This document shows, piece after piece, positions 1-8,282 of a stretch of DNA of 41,674 nucleotides. This DNA comes from Alphaproteobacteria bacterium. Its GTDB lineage: Bacteria > Pseudomonadota > Alphaproteobacteria > UBA7887. How positions within the stretch are numbered: position 1 is the stretch's first letter; every line of letters starts with the position of its first letter. A program made the position numbers and the translations under genes. A model generated the notes under the pieces. The model had not been told where the DNA came from. It ran no database searches and saw only the letters and a list, made by a program, of their open reading frames with translations. Location: the NCBI GenBank assembly GCA_036398035.1, contig DASWHU010000240.1:1-41674 (forward strand), in the 5' to 3' direction.

Positions 1-17
1 GCTTCGGCGGAGTAGGC

Positions 18-647
18 TCACGCCTTGGCGCTCGGCCTGGACGCGACGCGCTCGTACCAGGCCGCGAGGTTGCCGAGCTCCGGCCCGGGCTTGAGCTTCG
101 ACCAGCCGGCGAAGTCGACCGTGACCAGCGCGGTGATATCGGCGATCGTGTAGCGTGACCCGGCGACGAAATCGCGTCCCGCCAGCACCTTGTCGAGAAA
201 CTTGAAGAACCTGTCGAGGCGCTCGCGGCCGCGCTCGGCAAGGGCTGCGATCTGCGCCACCTTGGCGGTCCCCGCCAGCGCCCGGTCCTTGAACCCGGGG
301 GTGGCATTGCGGAACGCCTCGCCCGCCGCCATAAAGCCGTCGATCTCCATGCGCCGCTGCCACATCTCGACCAGCGCCTGGTCGCGGGCGTCGGTCCCCA
401 TCAGCCGCGGCTCCGGCTGGAGCGCTTCGAAGTAGCGGCAGATCGCCACCGATTCCGCGATGCAGGTGCCGTCGTCGAGCTCGAGCATCGGCACCGTCGC
501 CGACGGGTTGCGGGCCACGTAGCCGGGCTCGTGCTGGGCGCGGGCGCGCAGGTCGACTTGCTCGACCGGCACCTCGATCCCCTTCTCGGCCAGGAAGATG
601 CGTACCCGGCGCGGGTTCGGCGCTCCCGCGAAGTCGTACAGCCTCAT
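18..647 (-). CDS. glutathione S-transferase family protein
   Basis: 209-aa ORF. It has an N-terminal thioredoxin-like GST pattern (MRLYDFAGAPNPRRVRIFLAEKGI...TVPMLELDDG...IAESVAICRYFE) followed by a helical C-terminal domain. Recognised by eye. Confidence 0.85.
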   Translation of the reverse strand: MRLYDFAGAPNPRRVRIFLAEKGIEVPVEQVDLRARAQHEPGYVARNPSATVPMLELDDGTCIAESVAICRYFEALQPEPRLMGTDARDQALVEMWQRRMEIDGFMAAGEAFRNATPGFKDRALAGTAKVAQIAALAERGRERLDRFFKFLDKVLAGRDFVAGSRYTIADITALVTVDFAGWSKLKPGPELGNLAAWYERVASRPSAKA

Positions 648-672
648 TGTCCCCTCCCCTATGTCGTGCCGC

Positions 673-1314
673 CTATCCCGCGGCGCACGCGGCCTCTGGC
701 TGCGCCCCCATCGCGGCCTCGATCGCCATCCTCAGCTCATCATAGCTTCGGCACACCGGAAAGGCCGGGAACTCCTCGGCCACGTTGTCGGGCGGGCGGA
801 ACAGGATGCCGGTGTCGGCGCGCGCCAGCATCCGGGTATCGTTGTAGGAATCGCCGATCGCAACGACCTTGAAGTTGAGCGACTGGAACGCCGCCACCGC
901 CCGCCGCTTCGGGTGGCGCTGGCGCAGGCGGTAGCCGGTAATGCGGCCGCCGGCGTCGATCGCCAGGGTATGGCAGATCAGCATCGGCCGGCCGAGCTGA
1001 TCCATCAGCGGCGCCGCCAGCTCGTAGAAGGTATCGGACAGGATCGCGACCTGGCAGCGCACGCGCAGCCAGTCGAGGAACGCCACCGCCCCCGGCAGCG
1101 GCGCCAACGCCTCGGCCGCCGCGCGGATGTCGGCGAAGCCGAGGCCGTGCTCGTCGAGCGCCTTGAGCCGGTGGCGCATCAGCGCGTCGTAGTCGGCCAC
1201 CTCGCGCGTGGTCAGGCGCAGCGCGTCGATTCCGGTCCGCTCGGCAAGCCCGATCCAGATCTCGGGCACCAGCACCCCTTCGAGGTCGAGGCAGGCGACA
1301 TACATGTCTCGCAA
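673..1314 (-). CDS. thrH: phosphoserine phosphatase / homoserine phosphotransferase ThrH (HAD superfamily)
   Basis: 213 aa. It is nearly colinear with what I recall of Pseudomonas aeruginosa ThrH (ACLDLEGVLVPEIWI..., ILSDTFYE..., GDSYNDT.ML). The HAD DxD motif is present at the N-terminus. Confidence 0.85.
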   Translation of the reverse strand: MRDMYVACLDLEGVLVPEIWIGLAERTGIDALRLTTREVADYDALMRHRLKALDEHGLGFADIRAAAEALAPLPGAVAFLDWLRVRCQVAILSDTFYELAAPLMDQLGRPMLICHTLAIDAGGRITGYRLRQRHPKRRAVAAFQSLNFKVVAIGDSYNDTRMLARADTGILFRPPDNVAEEFPAFPVCRSYDELRMAIEAAMGAQPEAACAAG

Positions 1315-1435
1315 GTCTCCGTCGGTCGCGTCGATGGCTGCGCCGTGGCAGCGCGCCGGTTCAGGAATTGGGTGCGGCGACGCCGAATGGGAAGCCGCGA
1401 CCGCCGGCCCGTCCGGTCACGCGGACCGGCATCGC

Positions 1436-2308
1436 TCAGCCCATGCCCGACGCGCCGATGCGTTCGGCGATCGCGACCGTGCGGTACATCGAGCGCAGCA
1501 CCGGCCGCTCGATCAGCTTGCCGTCGACCACCACCAGCCCGGTCCGGCTCTGCTCGAACGCGGCGATGATCCGCCGCGCGCGCTCGACCTCCTCGGCCCT
1601 CGGGCTGAAGGCGCGGTTGATCGGCGCGATCTGCCGGGGATGGATCGCCGCCTTGCCGGTGAAGCCGAGCGCGGCTGCGCGCCGGGCCTCCTCGGCCAGG
1701 CCCTCCGGGTCCTCGAGGTCGAGAAACGGCACGTCGATCAGGTCGAGGCCGGCGCCGGCGGCGGCATGGACCAGACGCGAGCGGGCATAAAGCAGCGACT
1801 CCCAGGCCAAGGTCGTGCGCAGCTCGGCCGCCATGTCGACCGCGCCGAACAGGAGCGAGTCCATGCGCGCGCTCGCGCGGGCGATGTCGAACGCCGCGTC
1901 CAGCCCGTCATTGGTCTCGATGATGACGTGCAGGCGGATGTCCGCGCACGCTGCGCCGGCGAGCAGGTCCGCGAGCAGGCGCACCTCGTCGGCGCACTTG
2001 ACCTTGGGCACCATCAGCGCCGGCGGCGGCGTCGGTGATTCGAGGATCGCGGAGATGTCCTTGAGCCCGTCGGCGGTGCGCAGGCTGTTGATGCGCACGA
2101 TCCTCTCGACGCCGTCGTCGGCCTGGGGCTCGGCGAACAAGGCCAGCGTCCGCGCGCGCGCCGCGTCCTTGTCGTGCGGCGCGATCGCGTCCTCGATATC
2201 GACGCAAACCATGTCGGCGCCGGTGGCCAGCGCCTTCGGGTACATCGCGGGCTTGTCGCCGGGCGCGAAGATCAGGCTGCGGCGCGCACGCACGGGTCGG
2301 TCGGACAT
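1436..2308 (-). CDS. HpcH/HpaI aldolase / citrate lyase beta subunit-like (CitE / malyl-CoA lyase-like) protein
   Basis: 290 aa. The segments RRSLIFAPGDKP...GADMVCVDIEDAI...IETN...GFTGKAAIHPRQI are typical of the CitE family. Confidence 0.75.
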   Translation of the reverse strand: MSDRPVRARRSLIFAPGDKPAMYPKALATGADMVCVDIEDAIAPHDKDAARARTLALFAEPQADDGVERIVRINSLRTADGLKDISAILESPTPPPALMVPKVKCADEVRLLADLLAGAACADIRLHVIIETNDGLDAAFDIARASARMDSLLFGAVDMAAELRTTLAWESLLYARSRLVHAAAGAGLDLIDVPFLDLEDPEGLAEEARRAAALGFTGKAAIHPRQIAPINRAFSPRAEEVERARRIIAAFEQSRTGLVVVDGKLIERPVLRSMYRTVAIAERIGASGMG

Positions 2309-2323
2309 GGCGGTTCCGAGGCT

Positions 2324-2866
2324 TCAGGGAGCGGCAACGGCGTGGATGTGGCTGCCGCCGTGGCGGGCGAGCAGCGCGCTCGCCGTCGCCGCGCGCTCGC
2401 GCTCGCGGACGCGCACCCAGACCACCAGCCCGCCGTCGGCGAGGTTGCGTTGGAACCGTTCGCTGTAGCGGTCCTCGACGAACTTCGACAGCACGCCCTC
2501 TACCGTGCTCTCGACCGCCGCGCCGGTCGTGGTGGCGACGCCCACCGGGCCGCCGACCGCATAGGCCATGCCGGCGGCGCCGATTGCGCCGATCGCCGAC
2601 AGCCCTTCGGCGATGGCCCGCGCCGCGGCTTCGACCGCGGTCTCGGGCGCCAGGTCCTCGCGCGGGGTGTCGGGCAGGTCGGCGAGCTGGTCGGGGCTCG
2701 GGATGCGGTCGTCGAAATGATCGGCGAGCGCGTCGTGCGGCGCCAGGATGCTCACGTCGGCGGCGTCGAAGCCGGCGCCCAGCAGTGACCGCAGCACGCC
2801 GCGGAACGCGCCGACGTCATCGAAGATCGCGGCACACAGATACGGGAAGTCCGGCTCGTCGACCAT
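2324..2866 (-). CDS. hypothetical protein (two small YflT/general-stress-like domains around a Gly/Ala-rich segment?)
   Basis: 180-aa ORF with protein-like composition, tightly spaced behind the CitE-like gene. The domain guess is by eye only. Confidence 0.55.
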   Translation of the reverse strand: MVDEPDFPYLCAAIFDDVGAFRGVLRSLLGAGFDAADVSILAPHDALADHFDDRIPSPDQLADLPDTPREDLAPETAVEAAARAIAEGLSAIGAIGAAGMAYAVGGPVGVATTTGAAVESTVEGVLSKFVEDRYSERFQRNLADGGLVVWVRVRERERAATASALLARHGGSHIHAVAAP

Positions 2867-2983
2867 CGGCGCTCCGCCTCGATTGCAGGCCGCGGCCAGT
2901 TGACATCAGCGCGCTCTCGCGGGCAACAGCCTCGTGTCGGCATGAACTCGCGCGGCAACTGGCACGCGGTCGGCGATCTCCGA

Positions 2984-3298
2984 TCACGGCCGAGGCACCG
3001 CGTCGTCCTCGATCTCCTCGACCGGCTGCATCGAGCCCGCGTCGATGATCAGGGTGCGCGGCGGCGCCGTCGATGCGCCGGACGCGCCGCCCGGAATGAA
3101 CGACACCCGGAACGCGGGATTGCCGTGGTGCATGATCGGCGTCAGCTCGACCACGCTGCCGTCGAACTCCGCCTTGATCCATTGCTCGATCATCCACGTC
3201 CGCCCGACCATGTGCACGAAGGTTGCGGACGCCGGCAACGCCGAAAGACAAGCCCCCGCAAGCAGCGTGCCCGCGGCGGCGAGGCGAAGGATCGACAT
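2984..3298 (-). CDS. small secreted hypothetical protein
   Basis: I trimmed the 146-aa track ORF to the internal ATG at 3298. This gives MSILRLAAAGTLLAGACLSALPASA, a plausible Sec signal peptide. The upstream part of the track ORF is Pro/Arg/Gly-rich. Confidence 0.5.
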   Translation of the reverse strand: MSILRLAAAGTLLAGACLSALPASATFVHMVGRTWMIEQWIKAEFDGSVVELTPIMHHGNPAFRVSFIPGGASGASTAPPRTLIIDAGSMQPVEEIEDDAVPRP

Positions 3299-3375
3299 GG
3301 TCACGTCCACGGTTCCCCCCGGCTCGGACCGGGCGCGATCGGTGCCACGGGCGGGCGGCGCGGCGAAGGGGCGCA

Positions 3376-3993
3376 CTACGGGGCCGTCGCCCGGACGCGG
3401 CGGACCAGCTCCCAGGTCTGCCAAGCCAGGTAGCCGAGCGCGCCCAGCGCGTAGGCGAGGAAGAAGACGTCAAACCAGCCCAGCCACGCGAACGGCCCGA
3501 TCAGATAAATGAAATCCTCGATCTCGAAGCCGTGGAAATAGGGGTGGGCGACTGCCTCGCTGCCGTGGCGGGTCTCGTTGGCGAGCCGCACCGCCAGCAC
3601 GGCCGGGTTGGACAGGGCGGCGGCGAGTCCCAGCGTCAGCGCCGCGCTGCCCAGCTCGCCCGCGGCGAGCCCGATGCCGGCGCCCAGATACATCATCGTG
3701 TAGTTGGCGGCGCCGACGGCATAGTCGAGATAATGGCCGAACCGCGAGGTGCGCCTGGTCGCTCGTGCCAGCTCGCCGTCGAGATGGTCGATGAACACCG
3801 CCAGCATGAACAGCCCGGCGCCGAGACCGAAGCGGCCTTGCGCGAGCGTCCAGCCGGCGAGCGCGCCAAGCGCGAAGGACAGGCCGGTCAGGTGGTTGGG
3901 CGCGATCGGGGTCCGCGCCAGCGTCTGCACCAGAAGCGCGCCGAGGCGTTGATCGTAGGGCACGCCCCTGGCTCCGGGTTTCAAGTCCGCCAT
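3376..3993 (-). CDS. CDP-alcohol phosphatidyltransferase family protein
   Basis: 205 aa and hydrophobic. It carries the signature D-x2-DG-x2-AR...G-x3-D-x3-D as DHLDGELARATRRTSRFGHYLDYAVG. Confidence 0.8.
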   Translation of the reverse strand: MADLKPGARGVPYDQRLGALLVQTLARTPIAPNHLTGLSFALGALAGWTLAQGRFGLGAGLFMLAVFIDHLDGELARATRRTSRFGHYLDYAVGAANYTMMYLGAGIGLAAGELGSAALTLGLAAALSNPAVLAVRLANETRHGSEAVAHPYFHGFEIEDFIYLIGPFAWLGWFDVFFLAYALGALGYLAWQTWELVRRVRATAP

Positions 3994-4009
3994 CGCGCGG
4001 CTCCGCAGA

Positions 4010-4999
4010 TCAGCGCAGATAGCCGTGGTCGCGGAACCAGGCGACCGCGTCGCTCAGCGCCTGTGCCGCCGGCCGCGGCCGGTAGCCGAGCTCGTCCCGT
4101 GCCCGCCGGCTCGAGTAGTACATGGGCTTGCGCGCCATGCGCGCGCCGTCGACCGTGGTCATCGGCTCGCGCCCGGTCACGCGCGCCGCGGCCTCGGCCA
4201 GATAGGCGACCGGCAGCACCGCGGCGTGCGGCAGCCGCAGCCGCGGCGGCCGCCGGCCGACCAGCAGCGCGACCTCGGCCAGGATGTCGCGGAGAGTCAT
4301 GTCCTCGCCGCCGAGGATGTAGCGGCGGCCCGGGAGGCCGCGCTCGAAGGCCAGCCAGTGCCCTTCCGCCACGTCGTCGACATGGACCACGTTCAGGCCG
4401 GTCTCGACATAGGCCGGGATGCGCCCGGTGGCGGCTTCAACGACCATCCGCCCGGTCGGGGTGGGGCGGATGTCGCGCGGGCCGATCGGGGTCGAGGGGT
4501 TGACGATCACCGCCGGCAGGCCCTCGCTGCGGGCAAGCTCGCGCACGGCCGCCTCGGCCAGGAACTTCGACCGCTTGTAGGGCCCGATCATGTCGTCGAG
4601 CGTCGCCGGCTGCTCCTCGTCGGCGGCGCTGCCGTCCGCCTTGGCGCCGAGCGCGGCGACGCTCGAGGTATAGACGATGCGCTTGACCCCGGCGTCCGCC
4701 GCCGCCCGCATCAGGGCGCGCGTGCCCTCGATGTTGACCTTCATCATCGCCGAGGGGTCGCGACACCAGATGCGGTAGTCGGCGGCGACGTGGAACAGCG
4801 CCTCGCAGCCGCGCACCGCCGCCGCCAGCGATGGCGGATCGGTGAGGTCGCCCTCGACCAGCTCGACCTCGAGACCGTCCAGGTTGCGCCGGTCGCCGGA
4901 TGCGCGCACCAGGGCGCGCAACGCCATGCCGCGGGCGAGCAGGCAACGGGCGAGCGCCGAGCCGACGAAGCCGGTCGCGCCGGTGATCAGCGCGGTCAT
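4010..4999 (-). CDS. NAD-dependent epimerase/dehydratase (extended SDR, HpnA / dihydroflavonol-reductase-like)
   Basis: 329 aa. It has the Rossmann motif ITGATGFVGSAL and the catalytic YKRSK (YxxxK) motif. Confidence 0.85.
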   Translation of the reverse strand: MTALITGATGFVGSALARCLLARGMALRALVRASGDRRNLDGLEVELVEGDLTDPPSLAAAVRGCEALFHVAADYRIWCRDPSAMMKVNIEGTRALMRAAADAGVKRIVYTSSVAALGAKADGSAADEEQPATLDDMIGPYKRSKFLAEAAVRELARSEGLPAVIVNPSTPIGPRDIRPTPTGRMVVEAATGRIPAYVETGLNVVHVDDVAEGHWLAFERGLPGRRYILGGEDMTLRDILAEVALLVGRRPPRLRLPHAAVLPVAYLAEAAARVTGREPMTTVDGARMARKPMYYSSRRARDELGYRPRPAAQALSDAVAWFRDHGYLR

Positions 5000-5104
5000 G
5001 CGCTCACGTCCTGGCGGTCATGACGCGCCACACGTCGCCGCGCGGGGCCAAACGGTGTAATCTTCCCTTGTGCCGGGATCGGCAAGATCGGATGAGCAAC
5101 CGCC

Positions 5105-5884
5105 ATGACCCACACCAATGTCACCAGGCTTGAGGAACTGCGCCGCGAAACCCTGGATACCGGCGTTCAAGATGAGCGCACGTTGCGCGTGCAGCTTGCC
5201 GCCGCGTACCGGATTTTCGACTACTTCGGCTGGCCGCAGCTCATTTTCGGCCACATCACGGTGCGCCTGCCCGGTCCGGACCGGCACTTCCTGATCAACC
5301 CGTTCGGGCTGCTATACCACGAGGTCACAGCATCCAATCTGGTCAAGATCGACCTCGATGGCAACATCGTCGGCAGCGGCGAGTACCCGGTCAACCCGGC
5401 CGGTTTCGTGATCCACAGCGCGATTCACGGCGCGCGCGAGGACGCCCATTGCGTGATGCACACCCACACCCGTGCAGGGATGGCGATCGCGGCCCTGAAG
5501 GATGGGCTAAATTGCTCAGATTTTGCTGGAATTTCTCTCTATAACCGCGTTGCGTACCATGATTTCGAAGGCCTGACCGTCCGCATGGACGAACGCGAGC
5601 GCCTGGTCCGGAGCCTGGCCGACAAGAACGTCCTGGTGTTGCGCAACCACGGCCTGTTGACCTGTGGCAAGACCATCGCGGAGGCGCTCTTGCGCATGTG
5701 CACCCTTCAGACCGCGTGCGAGGTCCAGCTGACCGCCCGCGCCGCCGGCGGCGCCCTGGTCGAGCCCTCGCCCGAGGTCTGCGAGCGGCACGCCGCCAGC
5801 TTCGATTCGGGTAATCAGAGCGCGCGCGTATTCGCCGCCCTGATGCGGCTGATGGACGAGCGCGATCCGAGCTATCGCAACTAG
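5105..5884 (+). CDS. class II aldolase/adducin family protein
   Basis: 259 aa. It has the metal-binding HTHT segment (AHCVMHTHTRAGMAIA) and the LRNHGLLTCG motif. Confidence 0.8.
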   Translation: MTHTNVTRLEELRRETLDTGVQDERTLRVQLAAAYRIFDYFGWPQLIFGHITVRLPGPDRHFLINPFGLLYHEVTASNLVKIDLDGNIVGSGEYPVNPAGFVIHSAIHGAREDAHCVMHTHTRAGMAIAALKDGLNCSDFAGISLYNRVAYHDFEGLTVRMDERERLVRSLADKNVLVLRNHGLLTCGKTIAEALLRMCTLQTACEVQLTARAAGGALVEPSPEVCERHAASFDSGNQSARVFAALMRLMDERDPSYRN

Positions 5885-6073
5885 CGTCCGCCGGCGCAAT
5901 CCCGGTCGTCTGGGTATCCGCCCGGTTACTTAGGGCGGAGGGGGACGGCGCCGCAGCCGCTCCCCGGTTCTTGTCGCGTCGCGGTTTTGCCATAGATTTC
6001 ACAGGGATGGGCGCGAGCGACAAGTCCCGCGTCGGCGCCTCGTTGGTGCTGGCCGGCCGGAAGACCCGCTGAG

Positions 6074-6655
6074 ATGTCGCAGATCGCGGTCACCGTATCG
6101 TCCCGATCTTCGCCCGGTTACCGGTTCGATCGCCTGTCGGTGATGGTGGTCGACGACAACCGCCACATGCTCAACCTGATCGCGGAAATCCTGCGCGGGC
6201 TGTCGATCCGCCGCCTGATCAGGCTCACCGACCCGGCGGACGCCTTCAAGGAGCTGCTGATCGCGCCGGTCGACATCATCGTCGTCAACCACGTCATGGA
6301 GCCGTTGACCGGCATCGAGTTCGCCAAGCTGGTGCGCTTCGGCGACGACAGCCCCGACCTGTTCGTGCCGATCATCATGGTCACCGGCTACAGCGACGCG
6401 GCGACGGTGCGGGCGGCGCGCGACGCCGGGGTGAACGAGTTCCTGGCCAAGCCGATCTCGGTCCGCGGCCTGTACACGCGCATCCTCGAGGTCATCGACC
6501 ACCCGCGCCCGTTCATCCGCTGCCCCGACTTCTTCGGCCCCGACCGCCGCCGCCAGGTGGTGCCGTTCGATGGCCAGGACCGACGCGTCAGCGCGCCGAG
6601 CGAATCGCCCGAAGGCGGCGCGGCGCAACTGATTCCGGTCGCCGCGCGCACGTGA
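6074..6655 (+). CDS. single-domain response-regulator receiver protein with Asn at the phospho-acceptor position
   Basis: 193 aa. By-eye alignment to CheY places VVDDN at the acidic pair, IIMVTGY at the conserved Thr and FLAKP at the conserved Lys. The D57-equivalent in DIIVVNHVMEPLTG is Asn72 (codon 6287..6289, AAC). Confidence 0.8.
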   Translation: MSQIAVTVSSRSSPGYRFDRLSVMVVDDNRHMLNLIAEILRGLSIRRLIRLTDPADAFKELLIAPVDIIVVNHVMEPLTGIEFAKLVRFGDDSPDLFVPIIMVTGYSDAATVRAARDAGVNEFLAKPISVRGLYTRILEVIDHPRPFIRCPDFFGPDRRRQVVPFDGQDRRVSAPSESPEGGAAQLIPVAART

Positions 6656-6677
6656 CCAGGTACCGGGACCCAAGCCG

Positions 6678-7208
6678 ATGACCAATCGCGACCGGCCAGG
6701 GGATGACGCCACCGCGGCGGCCCTCATTCGGATGCCGAACAAGATCAAGGACAAGGTCACCCTCGGCGGGCGGATCAAAGGAGACGGTTTCGACCCCAAG
6801 TTGCTGCAACGGGCCGAGCGCCGGGTCGAGGCGATGCGGGACGTGTTTCTGGACGCCGCGCGGGACGACATCGACCGGCTGGTCGCCGCATTGTCCAACG
6901 CCCAGACCGATGCCGCCCGGCGCGGTCGCCATCTCGACACGCTTGAGAAGATCGCGCACGAGATCAAGGGTTACGGCAGCCACATCGGCTACGACCTGTT
7001 GACCCGGTTCGCCGATTCGCTGTCGCTGTTCCTGCGCAAGGCGAAGACGACGGTTGCCGTGAAGCTCGAGGTGGCGGAGGTCCATGTCGACGCGATGCGC
7101 CTCGTTTACCATGACGGGCTGACCGGCGACGGCGGCGAGCAGGGCGCGGATTTGACCGCCGGCCTGCGCAGCGCGGTCGGCAGATACCTTCGCGCCGAGG
7201 ACTTCTGA
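6678..7208 (+). CDS. Hpt (histidine phosphotransfer)-like domain protein
   Basis: 176 aa. KIAHEIKGYGSHIGYDLL fits the Hpt consensus HxxKGxxxxxG, with the His codon at 6957..6959. The gene starts 22 bp after the receiver gene. Confidence 0.6.
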   Translation: MTNRDRPGDDATAAALIRMPNKIKDKVTLGGRIKGDGFDPKLLQRAERRVEAMRDVFLDAARDDIDRLVAALSNAQTDAARRGRHLDTLEKIAHEIKGYGSHIGYDLLTRFADSLSLFLRKAKTTVAVKLEVAEVHVDAMRLVYHDGLTGDGGEQGADLTAGLRSAVGRYLRAEDF

Positions 7209-7244
7209 ACCCCGCGGCCGGCGGCCGCTCGGCGAGCCGGAGCC

Positions 7245-7252
7245 GTCCTGCG
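7245..7252. repeat. left copy of the flanking direct repeat GTCCTGCG (putative target-site duplication)
   Basis: It is identical to the octamer at 7813..7820 and lies directly outside the left inverted repeat. Confidence 0.6.
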
Positions 7253-7273
7253 GGTGGTGTCTCAGTTTGAAAT
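7253..7273. repeat. left terminal inverted repeat GGTGGTGTCTCAGTTTGAAAT
   Basis: The reverse complement of 7792..7812 is GGTAGTGTCTCAGTTTGAAAT, which differs at one position. Confidence 0.8.
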
Positions 7274-7347
7274 CCGCGACCCCTGACGCGAGTGTCGCGT
7301 CCTGCCTTTGGCTTCTATAGGCTTAGCGGAAGCACGGGAGGCTGGCC

Positions 7348-7803
7348 TTGCGCGATACCACTCACGCACCTGAGCTGAAGACAGACCGCCTTATCGCGAG
7401 CGGCTTTGAGTTATCGGGACGGTGGGAGTTGGACACCGCTTCACGCGCACGATTCATCGGCGAAGCTCCGAAGCAACCGGGGGTCTACGCTTTTGCGGTG
7501 GACGGAAAGGTTCTTTATATCGGTTCCGCCCAGCGTGGCATCGCCAAACGGTTGCGTCGCTACGAAATCACCGAAATCCGGCTGACGGCGTTTCGCGTCA
7601 GAGCTTTGATAACCGAAGCGCTCGGGGACGGTTCCGAGGTTGCAGTGCTCACGATTGTCCCATGCTCAATGCGATGGAAGGGCCTTCCTGTGGACCTGAT
7701 CGCCGGACTTGAAGAGGGCCTCATTCGCGAGTTGCGACCAGAATGGAATATTCGCGGACTCGGCGCTCTGCGAAAGAAAACGGCTTCCGAAATTTCAAAC
7801 TGA
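7348..7803 (+). CDS. GIY-YIG nuclease family protein
   Basis: 151 aa. The TTG start lies 6 nt after a GGGAGG Shine-Dalgarno. Motifs seen are GVYAF (GIY), VLYIGSA (YIG), conserved Arg (RLRRY), conserved Glu (LEEGLIREL) and PEWN. The stop codon lies inside the right inverted repeat. Confidence 0.75.
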   Translation: MRDTTHAPELKTDRLIASGFELSGRWELDTASRARFIGEAPKQPGVYAFAVDGKVLYIGSAQRGIAKRLRRYEITEIRLTAFRVRALITEALGDGSEVAVLTIVPCSMRWKGLPVDLIAGLEEGLIRELRPEWNIRGLGALRKKTASEISN

Positions 7804-7812
7804 GACACTACC
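7792..7812. repeat. right terminal inverted repeat ATTTCAAACTGAGACACTACC
   Basis: It pairs with 7253..7273 (20/21) and contains the last codons and the TGA stop of the GIY-YIG ORF. Confidence 0.8.
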
Positions 7813-7820
7813 GTCCTGCG
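7813..7820. repeat. right copy of the flanking direct repeat GTCCTGCG
   Basis: It is identical to 7245..7252 and lies directly outside the right inverted repeat. Confidence 0.6.
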
Positions 7821-7883
7821 CGCCCGCTTGACCCGCCGGCGTGATGATGATTGGCTGATGTTCTTATTCTGTTCCAATGGCAT

Positions 7884-8174
7884 ATGGCCTCGCGGACGAC
7901 ATCGCGCGGTGCGGCGCCCGTCACCCTCGGCGAGCTTGCGGCCGAGGGCCGTCGCGTGTGGCTGTGGTGCGAGCGCTGCGCGCGCAGCCGCAGCATCGCC
8001 GCCACCGTGCTTGCCCGTCGCCTGCCCGCCGATTTGCCCGTGCCGCTGATCGGCCGCCGCGTCCGCTGCCGCATCTGCGGCGGGCGCGAAGTGCACAGCC
8101 GTCCGCACTGGCCGCCTGGCGAGACGGTGGCCTCGCATCGCTGGCACGACGGCGGCTCGGGAGCCGAGGAATGA
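7884..8174 (+). CDS. small zinc-ribbon (4-Cys) hypothetical protein
   Basis: I trimmed the track ORF to the ATG at 7884, giving 96 aa. The pattern LGELAAEGRRVWLWCERCARSRSI...RVRCRICGGREVHSRPHW, with two CxxC pairs, matches a small protein family I recall as common in Alphaproteobacteria. Confidence 0.6.
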   Translation: MASRTTSRGAAPVTLGELAAEGRRVWLWCERCARSRSIAATVLARRLPADLPVPLIGRRVRCRICGGREVHSRPHWPPGETVASHRWHDGGSGAEE

Positions 8175-8282
8175 CGCGCGTGGGCGCACGGGGCGGGCAG
8201 CGGAATCGCCCTAAATACCCCTGTGCAGAAGCAACAGCCCGGCACCCACGCGGGCGATGTCGGTCAAAAAAAAGCGCGCCGA

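Larger units (their letters stand above)
7253..7812 (+). mobile_element. candidate compact TIR-bounded insertion element carrying a single GIY-YIG nuclease gene
   Basis: The 21-bp terminal inverted repeats match at 20 of 21 positions. An identical 8-bp direct repeat, GTCCTGCG, abuts both ends. G+C is visibly lower than in the flanks. Confidence 0.6.

Noticed and set aside
4010-4999. Assigning the symbol hpnA and inferring a hopanoid cluster.
   Set aside because: The protein resembles HpnA-type SDRs, but no squalene-hopene cyclase or other hpn genes are nearby. I left it as a generic epimerase/dehydratase.
7560-8245. Minus-strand ORFs (7560..8189 and 7808..8245) spanning the right end of the GIY-YIG element and the Zn-ribbon gene.
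   Set aside because: They have no ribosome-binding site and low-complexity composition. They cross the inverted-repeat and GC-content boundary, and they are antisense to ORFs with clear motifs.
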